Shown here: one piece after another, positions 9,192 to 18,283 of the stretch
How positions within the stretch are numbered: position 1 is the first letter of the stretch
How the letters are laid out: every line of letters begins with the position of its first letter
Assembly: GCA_035625415.1 (NCBI GenBank)
Contig: DASPPQ010000032.1
Span: 18,866-82,865 of the forward strand
DNA length: 64,000 bases
Source: Thermodesulfobacteriota bacterium
Lineage (GTDB): Bacteria; Desulfobacterota; BSN033; UBA1163
Direction: 5' to 3'
The notes under the pieces: model-generated
Seen by the model: only the letters and a program-made list of their open reading frames with translations
What the model was told of the DNA's origin: nothing
Database searches by the model: none
Made by a program: the position numbers and the translations under genes

Positions 9192-10145
9192 TTACGAAGC
9201 CACGGCCTGCTCCTCTCTCATTCCCGTGATGGCTTTGATGACGACTTTAAGATCCAGAGTTGCCTGGGAGTAGGAATACTGATCGACAAAGGACTCTTTC
9301 TTACACACCGCCTCGTGGACCCGTTCGTCAAAACTTACATTGCCTATGAACTGAATTTTCATGCCGAGGTGTTTCTCTACGATCCTGCAGATCAGCGCTC
9401 CGGTTTTCGGATTATCCTGTCTTCTAACCTGATTAAGAACCAGCTTGAATTGGAACGCCTTCAAAATCCTTTCTATCTTACTGCCTTGCTCTGGATCGAT
9501 CGTTTTCAGCACTTCGAGAAGATATTCGGGATGATGGACGACGGCATCCCGGTTCTGTCTTTCTGCTTTCTCGGCCAGGCTCCTGAAGCGATCGATCTTA
9601 AGCACCTGGCGGATCTTGCGAAGATAAACGGAGCGAATCAGCCTGTAAATATTTTCGATGGACGTGGGTTCCGGATTGCAAACAAAGATTCCGGAGTCCC
9701 ATACGGTAAAAAAATCGATGGTATTAAAAGAGGTCCCAGTGCCAAGGTCGAGCAGAATATAGTCATAATCAAGTCTCGATATCGCCCGCAATACTTTCAT
9801 CTTCTGCTCATGGGCGAGATTGGCGATGTCCAGTTTATTTCTGGCCCCGCTGATCAGAAAAAGATTATGAACCGGCATTTCGAGGACGGTTTCCTCGAGG
9901 GTTGCCACCCTCTTGTTGAGGAAATCGGAAAGGCTTATGGTGGGATTGGGCAGGCCGACGATCGTATGAAGATTGGGTGCGCCGAGGTCGGCGTCGATCA
10001 GAAGGGTCTTGAACCCATTCCTGGCTAGCAGAATCCCCATGTTGCTGGTGAGAAAACTCTTGCCAGTTCCACCCTTCCCTCCACCGATGGGCCATATATG
10101 AGGCGTAAAGTCCGAGCTATATTGATTGAGTCGACTCATTATCAA
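9192..10145 (-). CDS. ParA/MinD-family P-loop ATPase
   Basis: Deviant Walker A GGGKGGTGKSF and Walker B YILLDLGTG. The 317-aa length includes a C-terminal extension. Confidence 0.75.
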   Translation of the reverse strand: MIMSRLNQYSSDFTPHIWPIGGGKGGTGKSFLTSNMGILLARNGFKTLLIDADLGAPNLHTIVGLPNPTISLSDFLNKRVATLEETVLEMPVHNLFLISGARNKLDIANLAHEQKMKVLRAISRLDYDYILLDLGTGTSFNTIDFFTVWDSGIFVCNPEPTSIENIYRLIRSVYLRKIRQVLKIDRFRSLAEKAERQNRDAVVHHPEYLLEVLKTIDPEQGSKIERILKAFQFKLVLNQVRRQDNPKTGALICRIVEKHLGMKIQFIGNVSFDERVHEAVCKKESFVDQYSYSQATLDLKVVIKAITGMREEQAVAS

Positions 10146-10460
10146 ACCTTATGTTGATGCATTTTCCATACCAACCATTATCTTTATAGTATCGTGTTCC
10201 GGCAAACAATAACCCATAGAGGCGACCTTCCGTGACCGGCAAGTGCCCCGTCCTGAACGGGCGGCCGGAAGCTTCACTTATGGGGCAGAAGGTCCGTAAA
10301 CCTTCTATTTCGCAAACTAATTTACACCCCTAAAACGTTCTTGTCAACCGTTTGCCCGGCTAGTGCCCCGTGCCGCCAAAACAGGATGGGGAAAGCTTCG
10401 CTTAGAAGGCGTCTAAGGTTGACGAAAAGACCCCTTCATAGTATAAATGAAGTCAAATGA

Positions 10461-11867
10461 TTGCGAAAGGATAGAGGCTTGGAAAGTATTACAACCGTCA
10501 TCCTTGCTGCCGGGAAAGGGACTCGGATGAAGTCGGACCTTGTAAAAGTGCTTCATCCCATACTGGGACTTCCCATGCTTTCCTATCCCATTGAGCTTTC
10601 CTTGAAAGGAATCAAATCCGGAAAGACGATTGTGGTGGTAGGCTATCAAGCGGACCAAATCAAAGAGAGGTTTAAAGACCCTCAGATTCAGTTCGCCTTC
10701 CAGGAAGAACAGCTGGGGACAGGTCATGCAGTGTTGCAGGCTATTCCATTTCTAAAAAGAGCCACGAGGACGGTTCTCATCCTCTGCGGCGATGTTCCCT
10801 TAGTGAAAGCAGACACCCTTCATTCCTTTATCGATGCTTATGACAAAAGCGACGCGACCCTCTCGGTGTTAACGACCGAGGTGGACGACCCGTTTGGATA
10901 CGGCCGCATCGTCCGTAATCCCGAGGGTTGGATAGAAAAGATTGTGGAAGAGAAAGATGCCTCAAGGGAGGAAAAATCGATCCGAGAGATCAATTCAGGG
11001 ATATATTGTGTGAAAGCCTCCTTTTTGATAGAAAGATTAACCGAGATTGGAAAGGACAACGCCCAGAGGGAGTACTACCTCACCGACCTGGTTGGGATTG
11101 CAAAGAAAAGAGGACTGAGATGTTCTGCCTATTGTTTGCGGAATCCAGCGGAGGTGATGGGAATCAACACAAGGGTCGATCTTGCCGTTGCCAATGAAGT
11201 CCTTAAACTTGAGAAACTGAAGGAGCTCATGCTTTCCGGAGTGACTGTTCTCGACCCCAAAACGACCTACGTGGAGAGAACGGTTGAGGTGGGAAGCGAA
11301 ACAACTCTCTACCCGAATTGCTATCTCCATGGGATGACCAAGATCGGCGAGCGCTGTATCATCGAATCGAACTCAAAGATCACAGACTCCGTGCTCGGCA
11401 ACGAGGTGACGATTCGCTCGAACGTTGTGATCACAGAGAGCAAGGTTGAAGATGGGGCTATCATCGGACCGTTTGCCCACCTGAGGCCTCTATGTGAGAT
11501 TAAGACAAAAGCAAAGATCGGGAACTTTGTGGAGGTGAAGAAATCGGTCGTCGGAAAAGGTTCCAAGGCCAACCATCTTACCTATATCGGAGATTCCTTG
11601 GTCGGAGAGGGTGTAAACATCGGTGCGGGAACGATCTTCTGTAATTATGACGGGTTCGAAAAGCATCAGACGATCATCGGTGACCGAGTTTTTGTGGGGT
11701 CGAACGTGGAACTTGTAGCTCCCGTCAAGGTTGGGAATGGTTCCACGATCGGTGCGGGGTCCACCATCACAAAAGATGTTCCAGCAGGGGCGTTAGCGAT
11801 CAGCCGAACGAAGCAGAAGAACATCAAGGGGTGGGGTAAGAAGATAGAGCATCGCCGCAAAAAATGA
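10461..11867 (+). CDS. glmU: Bifunctional UDP-N-acetylglucosamine pyrophosphorylase / glucosamine-1-phosphate N-acetyltransferase
   Basis: N-terminal ILAAGKGTRMKS nucleotidyltransferase motif. The C-terminal half carries hexapeptide left-handed beta-helix repeats. Confidence 0.9.
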   Translation: MRKDRGLESITTVILAAGKGTRMKSDLVKVLHPILGLPMLSYPIELSLKGIKSGKTIVVVGYQADQIKERFKDPQIQFAFQEEQLGTGHAVLQAIPFLKRATRTVLILCGDVPLVKADTLHSFIDAYDKSDATLSVLTTEVDDPFGYGRIVRNPEGWIEKIVEEKDASREEKSIREINSGIYCVKASFLIERLTEIGKDNAQREYYLTDLVGIAKKRGLRCSAYCLRNPAEVMGINTRVDLAVANEVLKLEKLKELMLSGVTVLDPKTTYVERTVEVGSETTLYPNCYLHGMTKIGERCIIESNSKITDSVLGNEVTIRSNVVITESKVEDGAIIGPFAHLRPLCEIKTKAKIGNFVEVKKSVVGKGSKANHLTYIGDSLVGEGVNIGAGTIFCNYDGFEKHQTIIGDRVFVGSNVELVAPVKVGNGSTIGAGSTITKDVPAGALAISRTKQKNIKGWGKKIEHRRKK

Positions 11868-11886
11868 GAAAGAGGAGGAGTGAAAG

Positions 11887-13716
11887 ATGTGTGGTATTGT
11901 CGGATATATCGGCACAAGAGAGACGGCGAAGATTCTGATCGACGGGCTCAAGCGACTCGAATATCGAGGATATGACTCTGCGGGCATCGCGGTTTTTCAT
12001 CGAGGGAAGGTTGAGATCCGAAGGAAAGAAGGAAAGTTAACACGATTGGAGGAGTTAATCGGAAAGGAGACCTTTGATGGAAAGGCGGGAATCGGTCATA
12101 CCCGATGGGCGACTCATGGAAGGCCATCGGATGAAAATGCCCACCCGCATAAGGCGGGCAAGGTCGCCGTGGTCCACAATGGCATCATTGAAAACTATCT
12201 TCCTCTCAAGGAAACGCTCAAGAACAAAGGTCATGTTTTCACATCTGAAACGGATACGGAGATCATCTCTCATCTGATTGATGAACTCGTTCAGGAAGGA
12301 TATTCCTCCCTAGAGGCCGTGAGAAGAGCGTTAGATAAAATTAAAGGTTCTTATGCCCTGGGAATTCTTTTCGAAGGCAATGAACAGTCGTTGGTCGCCG
12401 CCCGCAAAGAGAGTCCCTTGGTGATCGGCCTGGGAAAAGGAGAGTATTTCATCGCCTCAGATGTTCCTCCCATTCTTCCCTATACCCGGGACTTTATTTT
12501 TATGGAGGATGGCGAGGTAGCCCTTCTCTCTTCCGAAGGAGTGAAAGTGTTTGATTCCAAAGGGACGGAGCTTTCGAAGGAACCAAAGCATGTGAACTGG
12601 GACCCTCTCATGGCTGAAAAGGGTGGGTATAAACATTTTATGCTTAAAGAGATCTTTGAACAGCCGAGGGCGGTGACCGATACCATCCGGGGCCGGCTTT
12701 CGGAGGAGAAAGGCGATGTCGTCCTCGAAGGCATTCACTTAGACCCACAGTTCCTGAAGAAGATTCGGAGGGTCCACCTGATTGCCTGTGGCACCTCATA
12801 CCATGCCGCCCTCGTGGGAAAGTTTCTTATCGAAGAATTTTGCCGAATTCCAGTGGAGGCGGATATCGGATCTGAGTTTCGATATCGGGATCCAATTATA
12901 GGAGCGGATAATCTCCTTGTGGCCATCTCCCAATCCGGAGAGACGGCGGATACCCTGGCGGCGTTGAGGGAAGCAAAGCGAAAGGGAGCAGCGACATTAG
13001 CCATTTGCAATGTGGTGGAGTCGAGTTTAGCAAGGGAGGCGGACCATGTGATCTATACCCATGCGGGTCCTGAGATCGGTGTTGCTTCCACCAAGACGTT
13101 TGTCACTCAATTGGTCATTCTTTTCCTGATAGGTCTTCGAATAGGCAGAGGGCTGGGTTTTCTCACCCATGAGAAAGGTAAGGCCTTGATTGAAGAGCTG
13201 GTCAGGGTTCCGCACCTCATGGAGGAAATGCTGAAAGCTTCCGATCAAGTAGCAAGGGTCGCCAGAAAGTACCTCCAGGCCAGAGATTTTCTCTATCTTG
13301 GGAGAGGGATCAACTATCCCATCGCCTTGGAAGGGGCGTTGAAATTGAAGGAGATCTCTTATGTCCATGCAGAAGGCTATCCGGCTGGTGAGATGAAACA
13401 TGGCCCCATCGCCTTGATCGACCGGGAGATGCCGGTCGTCGTCCTGGCCACCCAGAACGATGTCTACGAGAAGGTGATCTCGAATATCGAAGAGGTCAAG
13501 GCAAGGGAAGGAAAGATCATTGCCCTTGCTTCTCCGTCCGATCGAGAGATCGTCAAAAAGGCCGACGATGTGATTTACATCCCCGAGACGCTTCCTTGTC
13601 TCACTCCCATTCTCCTCACCATTCCCATTCAACTCCTGGCTTACTATATGGCTGACTTCAAAGGCACGGATGTGGATCAGCCGAGAAACCTGGCCAAAAG
13701 TGTGACCGTGGAATAG
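11887..13716 (+). CDS. glmS: Glutamine--fructose-6-phosphate aminotransferase
   Basis: Starts MCGIVGYIG with the Ntn-Cys. Two SIS domains follow. The C-terminus ends KSVTVE. Sits 19 nt downstream of glmU. Confidence 0.95.
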   Translation: MCGIVGYIGTRETAKILIDGLKRLEYRGYDSAGIAVFHRGKVEIRRKEGKLTRLEELIGKETFDGKAGIGHTRWATHGRPSDENAHPHKAGKVAVVHNGIIENYLPLKETLKNKGHVFTSETDTEIISHLIDELVQEGYSSLEAVRRALDKIKGSYALGILFEGNEQSLVAARKESPLVIGLGKGEYFIASDVPPILPYTRDFIFMEDGEVALLSSEGVKVFDSKGTELSKEPKHVNWDPLMAEKGGYKHFMLKEIFEQPRAVTDTIRGRLSEEKGDVVLEGIHLDPQFLKKIRRVHLIACGTSYHAALVGKFLIEEFCRIPVEADIGSEFRYRDPIIGADNLLVAISQSGETADTLAALREAKRKGAATLAICNVVESSLAREADHVIYTHAGPEIGVASTKTFVTQLVILFLIGLRIGRGLGFLTHEKGKALIEELVRVPHLMEEMLKASDQVARVARKYLQARDFLYLGRGINYPIALEGALKLKEISYVHAEGYPAGEMKHGPIALIDREMPVVVLATQNDVYEKVISNIEEVKAREGKIIALASPSDREIVKKADDVIYIPETLPCLTPILLTIPIQLLAYYMADFKGTDVDQPRNLAKSVTVE

Positions 13717-13726
13717 TAAGGAATTC

Positions 13727-13848
13727 AAACTCTAAATCCTAAACTCTAAATCCTAAATAAACTCCAAATCCAAATGTTCAAAACCCCAACTCTTGAGTTT
13801 TTTCCATTTTGAGTTTATTTAGAGGTTAGAGTTTTAAGTTTAGGATTT
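13727..13848. repeat. Long imperfect palindrome / A+C-rich tandem repeats (aaactctaaatcct x2 ... gagtttatttagaggttagagttttaagtttaggattt)
   Basis: The left arm at 13733-13763 is nearly the reverse complement of the right arm at 13811-13848. Likely the glmS terminator plus a structured spacer before pcrA. Confidence 0.6.
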
Positions 13849-13856
13849 GTCGATTT

Positions 13857-16097
13857 ATGTCTCTTCTCAACGATCTCAACCCCGTTCAACAGAAGGCGGT
13901 TTTGGAAACCGAAGGGCCACTTCTTGTTTTTGCAGGGGCCGGAAGTGGAAAGACCAGGGTCCTGACCTACCGGATCGCCTATCTCATTCAAGAAAAAAGG
14001 GTGCACCCATGGAACATCTTTGCCGTCACTTTTACCAATAAGGCAGCCGATGAAATGCGGGAAAGGGTGGAGCGGCTTCTTGGAGGGTCGGCGAGGGGGA
14101 CCTGGATCTCGACGTTTCATTCAGCCTGTGCCCGCATCCTGAGGCAGCATATTGAGCCTCTCGGTTTTAAAAGAAATTTTGTGATCTATGACGATCAGGA
14201 TCAGGAGCGGCACCTCAAAACCATCATGAAGGAGTTGAACCTCGATTTCAAGATGTTTCCTCCACGGGCGATCCAATCGGGTCTTGACCAATTGAAAAAT
14301 GTGGGGGTCACTCCGGACCAGTATTCTCCTAATCCCTATAATATCTTCCAAAAGAGGCTGGCGGTGGTCTATCAACGCTATCAAGAAGATCTCTATAGAA
14401 ACAATGCCCTCGACTTTGGAGATCTGCTTAGCTTCGTGGCGATTCTTTTCAGACGCTTTCCGGAGGTTCGCAGGTCTTATCAGGAACTCTGCCGCTATGT
14501 GATGGTGGATGAGTTTCAAGATACCAACCTGATCCAATATCAGCTCATCAGACAGATGGCGGAGACGCATCACAACATCTGCGTGGTCGGGGATGATGAC
14601 CAATCCATCTACCGCTGGAGGGGAGCCGAAGTGGGAAATATTTTGAACTTTGAGAAGGACTTTCCCGAGGCGAGCGTTATCACCCTGGAACAGAATTACC
14701 GCTCCACGCAGAACATCCTCCAGGCTGCCAGCCATGTCGTGCGGAAAAACCGCTACCGGAAAGAGAAGAAACTCTGGACGGAGAATCCGGAGGGGGAGCC
14801 CCTCGCTTTTTACGTGGCCGAGGACGAAGAGGACGAAGCGCGATTTGTCGCACAGAAGATCATGGAACATCTCGCCACGGGGAAATCCGGCAGATCGTAC
14901 CGTGACGTGGCTGTTTTCTATCGGATCAATGCCCAGTCTCGTGCCGTGGAAGATGAACTGGTCAAAAACCGGATACCCTATACGGTGGTGGGGGGGATGA
15001 AGTTTTATGAGCGAAAAGAGATTAAGGATGTCCTGGCTTACCTGAAGCTGATCGATAACCCCTCCGACGGTCTCAGTCTGAAAAGGATCATCAATGTCCC
15101 ATCGAGGGGGATCGGGGAGAAAACAGTTGAGAAGATAGAGGCCTTCTCCAGAGAAAAGGGGCTTCCCCTTTATGAGGGATTGAAACAGGGGATTGAGGAA
15201 GATTGGCTGCCGCCGGCTGTCAAGACCAAGATGAAAGAGTTTATCCAATTGATAGAAGCGTTCCGAAAAGATGCAGGATCCTTCACCCTTAGTCAGCTGA
15301 CTTTGGCGCTACTCGCCAGGACGGGCTACCTTCAACGCTTGAAGGAGGAAAGAACGGATGAAGCCATTTCAAAGATGGAAAACGTTGATGAGCTCATCAA
15401 CGTGATGATGGGTCTTGAGCAAGGAGAAGAGAAGGTTTTGCTCGAAAGTTTTTTGGATAAGGTCTCGCTGGTGACGGATGTGGATCTTTACGAGGATAAG
15501 GGGAATCGCGTTTCCCTGATGACCCTTCATTGTGCGAAGGGATTGGAGTTTCCGGTGGTTTTGATCGTTGGAATAGAAGAGGGACTTCTTCCCCACTACC
15601 GGAGGGGCGAGGAGATTGAAGATATGGAGGAGGAGAGGAGACTCTTCTACGTAGGGATGACACGTGCGAAGGAGAGGCTCTTTCTTTCACGGGCGGAAGA
15701 ACGGTCTACTTTCGGTGTAGGCCGCGCCAATCTTCCCTCCCGCTTTGTTGATGAACTTCCGGTCGAATTGATGGAATTCGAGGAGAAAAAGAGAAGAATG
15801 GAAAGCCTATTTTCGCAAGATGTTCCTTGGAGAGAGGAGACTCATCAGACCGAGATCGTGCCCGAAGACCTGTCCCAGGAGATTTTCTTTCCCGAGAGGC
15901 GTGGCCTGGTGCTGAGCCCAGAGGGGTTCTTCCCGCTGAAAATCGGGATGCACGTGAGACATCCAAAGTTCGGCGAGGGAAGAGTCAAATCCGTTGAGGG
16001 GATGGACGAGAATCAAAAGGCAACCGTTGTTTTTGGGACCGTGGGCAGCAAACGTCTGAAAGTCTGTTCTGCTCACCTGGAGATCCTGGAGTCATAA
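13857..16097 (+). CDS. pcrA: ATP-dependent DNA helicase PcrA/UvrD
   Basis: Motif I AGAGSGKTRVLTYRIAYLI, motif II VMVDEFQDTN, and the C-terminal region VVLIVGIEEGLLPH...YVGMTRAKERL. Confidence 0.9.
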   Translation: MSLLNDLNPVQQKAVLETEGPLLVFAGAGSGKTRVLTYRIAYLIQEKRVHPWNIFAVTFTNKAADEMRERVERLLGGSARGTWISTFHSACARILRQHIEPLGFKRNFVIYDDQDQERHLKTIMKELNLDFKMFPPRAIQSGLDQLKNVGVTPDQYSPNPYNIFQKRLAVVYQRYQEDLYRNNALDFGDLLSFVAILFRRFPEVRRSYQELCRYVMVDEFQDTNLIQYQLIRQMAETHHNICVVGDDDQSIYRWRGAEVGNILNFEKDFPEASVITLEQNYRSTQNILQAASHVVRKNRYRKEKKLWTENPEGEPLAFYVAEDEEDEARFVAQKIMEHLATGKSGRSYRDVAVFYRINAQSRAVEDELVKNRIPYTVVGGMKFYERKEIKDVLAYLKLIDNPSDGLSLKRIINVPSRGIGEKTVEKIEAFSREKGLPLYEGLKQGIEEDWLPPAVKTKMKEFIQLIEAFRKDAGSFTLSQLTLALLARTGYLQRLKEERTDEAISKMENVDELINVMMGLEQGEEKVLLESFLDKVSLVTDVDLYEDKGNRVSLMTLHCAKGLEFPVVLIVGIEEGLLPHYRRGEEIEDMEEERRLFYVGMTRAKERLFLSRAEERSTFGVGRANLPSRFVDELPVELMEFEEKKRRMESLFSQDVPWREETHQTEIVPEDLSQEIFFPERRGLVLSPEGFFPLKIGMHVRHPKFGEGRVKSVEGMDENQKATVVFGTVGSKRLKVCSAHLEILES

Positions 16098-16175
16098 CAA
16101 GACGCGGAGACACTAAGGCACGGGACGGGAAGAGAACGTCTTGGGCATTGACCGCGCCAATCCACGGGAGACACC

Positions 16176-16715
16176 ATGAAAACCTACTTTATACTATCCG
16201 CAATGGGGAAGGATCGACCGGGCATTGTCGCCGATGTTTCGGAAGTGATTTATGAGTGTGGAGGAAACATCGAGGATTCGAGTATGAGCCTTCTTCGAAA
16301 TCACTTCGCCCTTCTTCTTCTTTTTTCTACAGAAAGGGAGGAGGTGAATCAGAAACTGTCTTCCGCCCTGAAGCGAGTGGAATGGGAGAAGAAATTGACT
16401 GTCTTCTATTCGCCGATCAGCTTCGAAGAGGCTTATCCTAAGTTAGAGGAGCAAACTGACCGTTTTAAGATTACCACTTCGGGGGTGGATCACGCGGGAA
16501 TCGTCTTCAAAATCTGCCGCCTTCTAGCTGATCGTAAGGTCAACATCATCGACATGGAAACGCGCCGCGTGCTTTCCGCAGAGAGCGGGACTCCTCTCTT
16601 CGAAATGGATACGGATATTAGCATCCCGAGATCGATTTCTGAACAGGGACTAAGGGAAGATCTTCACCGTCTGGCTAATGAACTGAGGATCGATTTGGTC
16701 CTAAGAAAAATCTAA
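16176..16715 (+). CDS. Tandem ACT-domain protein, GcvR-like (putative glycine cleavage system regulator)
   Basis: 179 aa with two ACT domains (ILSAMGKDRPGIVADVSEVIYECGGNIED and ITTSGVDHAGIVFKICRLLADRKVNIIDMET). Same architecture as GcvR. Confidence 0.6.
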   Translation: MKTYFILSAMGKDRPGIVADVSEVIYECGGNIEDSSMSLLRNHFALLLLFSTEREEVNQKLSSALKRVEWEKKLTVFYSPISFEEAYPKLEEQTDRFKITTSGVDHAGIVFKICRLLADRKVNIIDMETRRVLSAESGTPLFEMDTDISIPRSISEQGLREDLHRLANELRIDLVLRKI

Positions 16716-16741
16716 TCTTCCGGTAACTCCTCATTTCCCTT

Positions 16742-16788
16742 AACCCCTCTTCATCCCCCCTTAATTTAAGGGGGGATGAAGAGGGGTT
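16742..16788. terminator. Perfect 23-bp palindrome (aacccctcttcatccccccttaa|ttaaggggggatgaagaggggtt), bidirectional terminator between convergent genes
   Basis: Exact inverted repeat read directly from the sequence. It lies between the + strand gcvR-like gene and the - strand dehydrogenase gene. Confidence 0.7.
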
Positions 16789-16825
16789 ACAAGGGGGGTC
16801 AAAAGGGGGGCTAGGGGAGCGTCAC

Positions 16826-17998
16826 TTAAATCTGGATATTCCCTTTCTTCAGGGTCTCGGTGGGCATAAACCACTTAATGCCAAGCTTCTTCGAGATGGC
16901 CTCGCATCGTTCAGCCACTTTTGCCCAGCCCATTCCCTTGCCTAGGGTAAAAGGGCCAATGATGGACCCACCGCCATTCACAACCGCTTTGTCGATCTCC
17001 GCAACGCTCTTGGTAACGCCGGCTTCCAAGAGTTTAGTCCCTTCATTCACCTGAATACAGATAATATCCATGGGGTCAAAGTTGGGATCCGCCTTGCTTA
17101 TATCGATCGTCGGCCTGGCGCCCCCCGGCCAGGAGAAAATACCTTTGCCGGTCTTCTTGCCAAGCGTTCCGGCGTCGTTCATCTTCTTGAGCCAGTTCGG
17201 CACCTTGAATTCAGGCGACAGTGTTTCAGAAAAATATTCCATACCGTGCAGATTTACGTCCAGTCCGGTGTAATCCATGATCTCATAGGGGCCCATCGGC
17301 GCACCAATGGACCTGATTTTGGCGTCAACGGCCTCAGGGTTCACGAGGCCTCTATCGTATAACACAGAAATATATAGCCCCACAGGTGCCCCAAGCCTGT
17401 TGTAAATAAAGCCCGGCGTGTCTTTTTCCACACCGACCGGAACCATGACGCCCCTGAAGTTTTTAAATTTGAGAATAAGGTCATGGCTCACCGTCATGGT
17501 CTCGTCAGAGGTCTTCTGGCCACGGATGACCTCAACCAGAAGCATCATGACCGGAGGGTTAAAAAAATGGAGGCCGACGACCTTGTCCGGTCTTTTCGTT
17601 GCGGCGCCCATCTTGGTAATGCTCATATTGGATGTGTTCGAGGCAAGGGTGGCGTGCTTCGGTGCGTATTGGTCAATTTCCTTGAATATCTTGACTTTAA
17701 GGTCGAGTATTTCAGGGGCAGCCTCGATCATGTAATCGATATCCTTCACCGCATCCTTTAGAATGATGAACCCCTGGATATTGTCCATCGCCTTATTCAT
17801 ATCCTGTGCGGTCATCTTCTGTTTTGACACCTGCTTCTCGAGGCTTTCCTTCATTTTGCTCTTACCCTTGTCCACAAATTCCTGCTTGATGTCGTAGAGA
17901 TTTACCTTAAGGCCTGCCATGGCAGCGATTTCCGCAATGCCATGGCCCATGTCACCTGCGCCGACGACTGCGATCTTCTTGATGTCTTCTGCTTTCAT
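16826..17998 (-). CDS. 3-hydroxyacyl-CoA / 3-hydroxybutyryl-CoA dehydrogenase (with duplicated C-terminal domain)
   Basis: N-terminal Rossmann motif KIAVVGAGDMGHGIAEIAAMAGLKV. The 390-aa length fits the extended HAD family. Confidence 0.85.
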   Translation of the reverse strand: MKAEDIKKIAVVGAGDMGHGIAEIAAMAGLKVNLYDIKQEFVDKGKSKMKESLEKQVSKQKMTAQDMNKAMDNIQGFIILKDAVKDIDYMIEAAPEILDLKVKIFKEIDQYAPKHATLASNTSNMSITKMGAATKRPDKVVGLHFFNPPVMMLLVEVIRGQKTSDETMTVSHDLILKFKNFRGVMVPVGVEKDTPGFIYNRLGAPVGLYISVLYDRGLVNPEAVDAKIRSIGAPMGPYEIMDYTGLDVNLHGMEYFSETLSPEFKVPNWLKKMNDAGTLGKKTGKGIFSWPGGARPTIDISKADPNFDPMDIICIQVNEGTKLLEAGVTKSVAEIDKAVVNGGGSIIGPFTLGKGMGWAKVAERCEAISKKLGIKWFMPTETLKKGNIQI

Positions 17999-18229
17999 AA
18001 ATTTAAAGCTCCTTTCGATAGAATATTAATGAGAACCTTCCTCATTTCGTCGCTATGTGCCCGGGAAGCTTCACAAAAATTTGCTTTCGGGTGAATTAAA
18101 TATATGAGAAAGGGAGTTGTGTGTCAAGAAAAAAGGATCGTTGTCGGTAATCCCTCGGACGGACTCCACCCTCAATAAATGAGGGCGCATGATTTATCAT
18201 AAACTAAATTGGCGCATTCGGGCAAACCC

Positions 18230-18256
18230 GTCATTCCCGCGAAGGCGGGAATCCAG
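18230..18256. repeat. REP-like singlet of the gtcattcc-hairpin-ggaatccag family
   Basis: Reads gtcattcccgcgaaggcgggaatccag. Same module as the left half of the elements at 28684, 32610 and 59003. Confidence 0.6.
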
Positions 18257-18283
18257 AGGAAAAACGAATCCACTCCTCGTCAT

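Noticed and set aside
11868-11886. glmS ribozyme upstream of glmS
   Set aside because: The glmU-glmS spacer is only 19 nt, which leaves no room for the ~170-nt ribozyme. glmS is evidently co-transcribed with glmU.
13027-13728. 233-aa minus-strand ORF antisense to the 3' part of glmS
   Set aside because: It is embedded in glmS, whose identification is unambiguous, and has no domain features.
14121-15248. 375-aa ORF on the minus strand antisense to pcrA
   Set aside because: It lies entirely within the strongly supported pcrA/uvrD coding region. It has no recognisable motifs and its composition mirrors the sense gene. Spurious antisense ORF.
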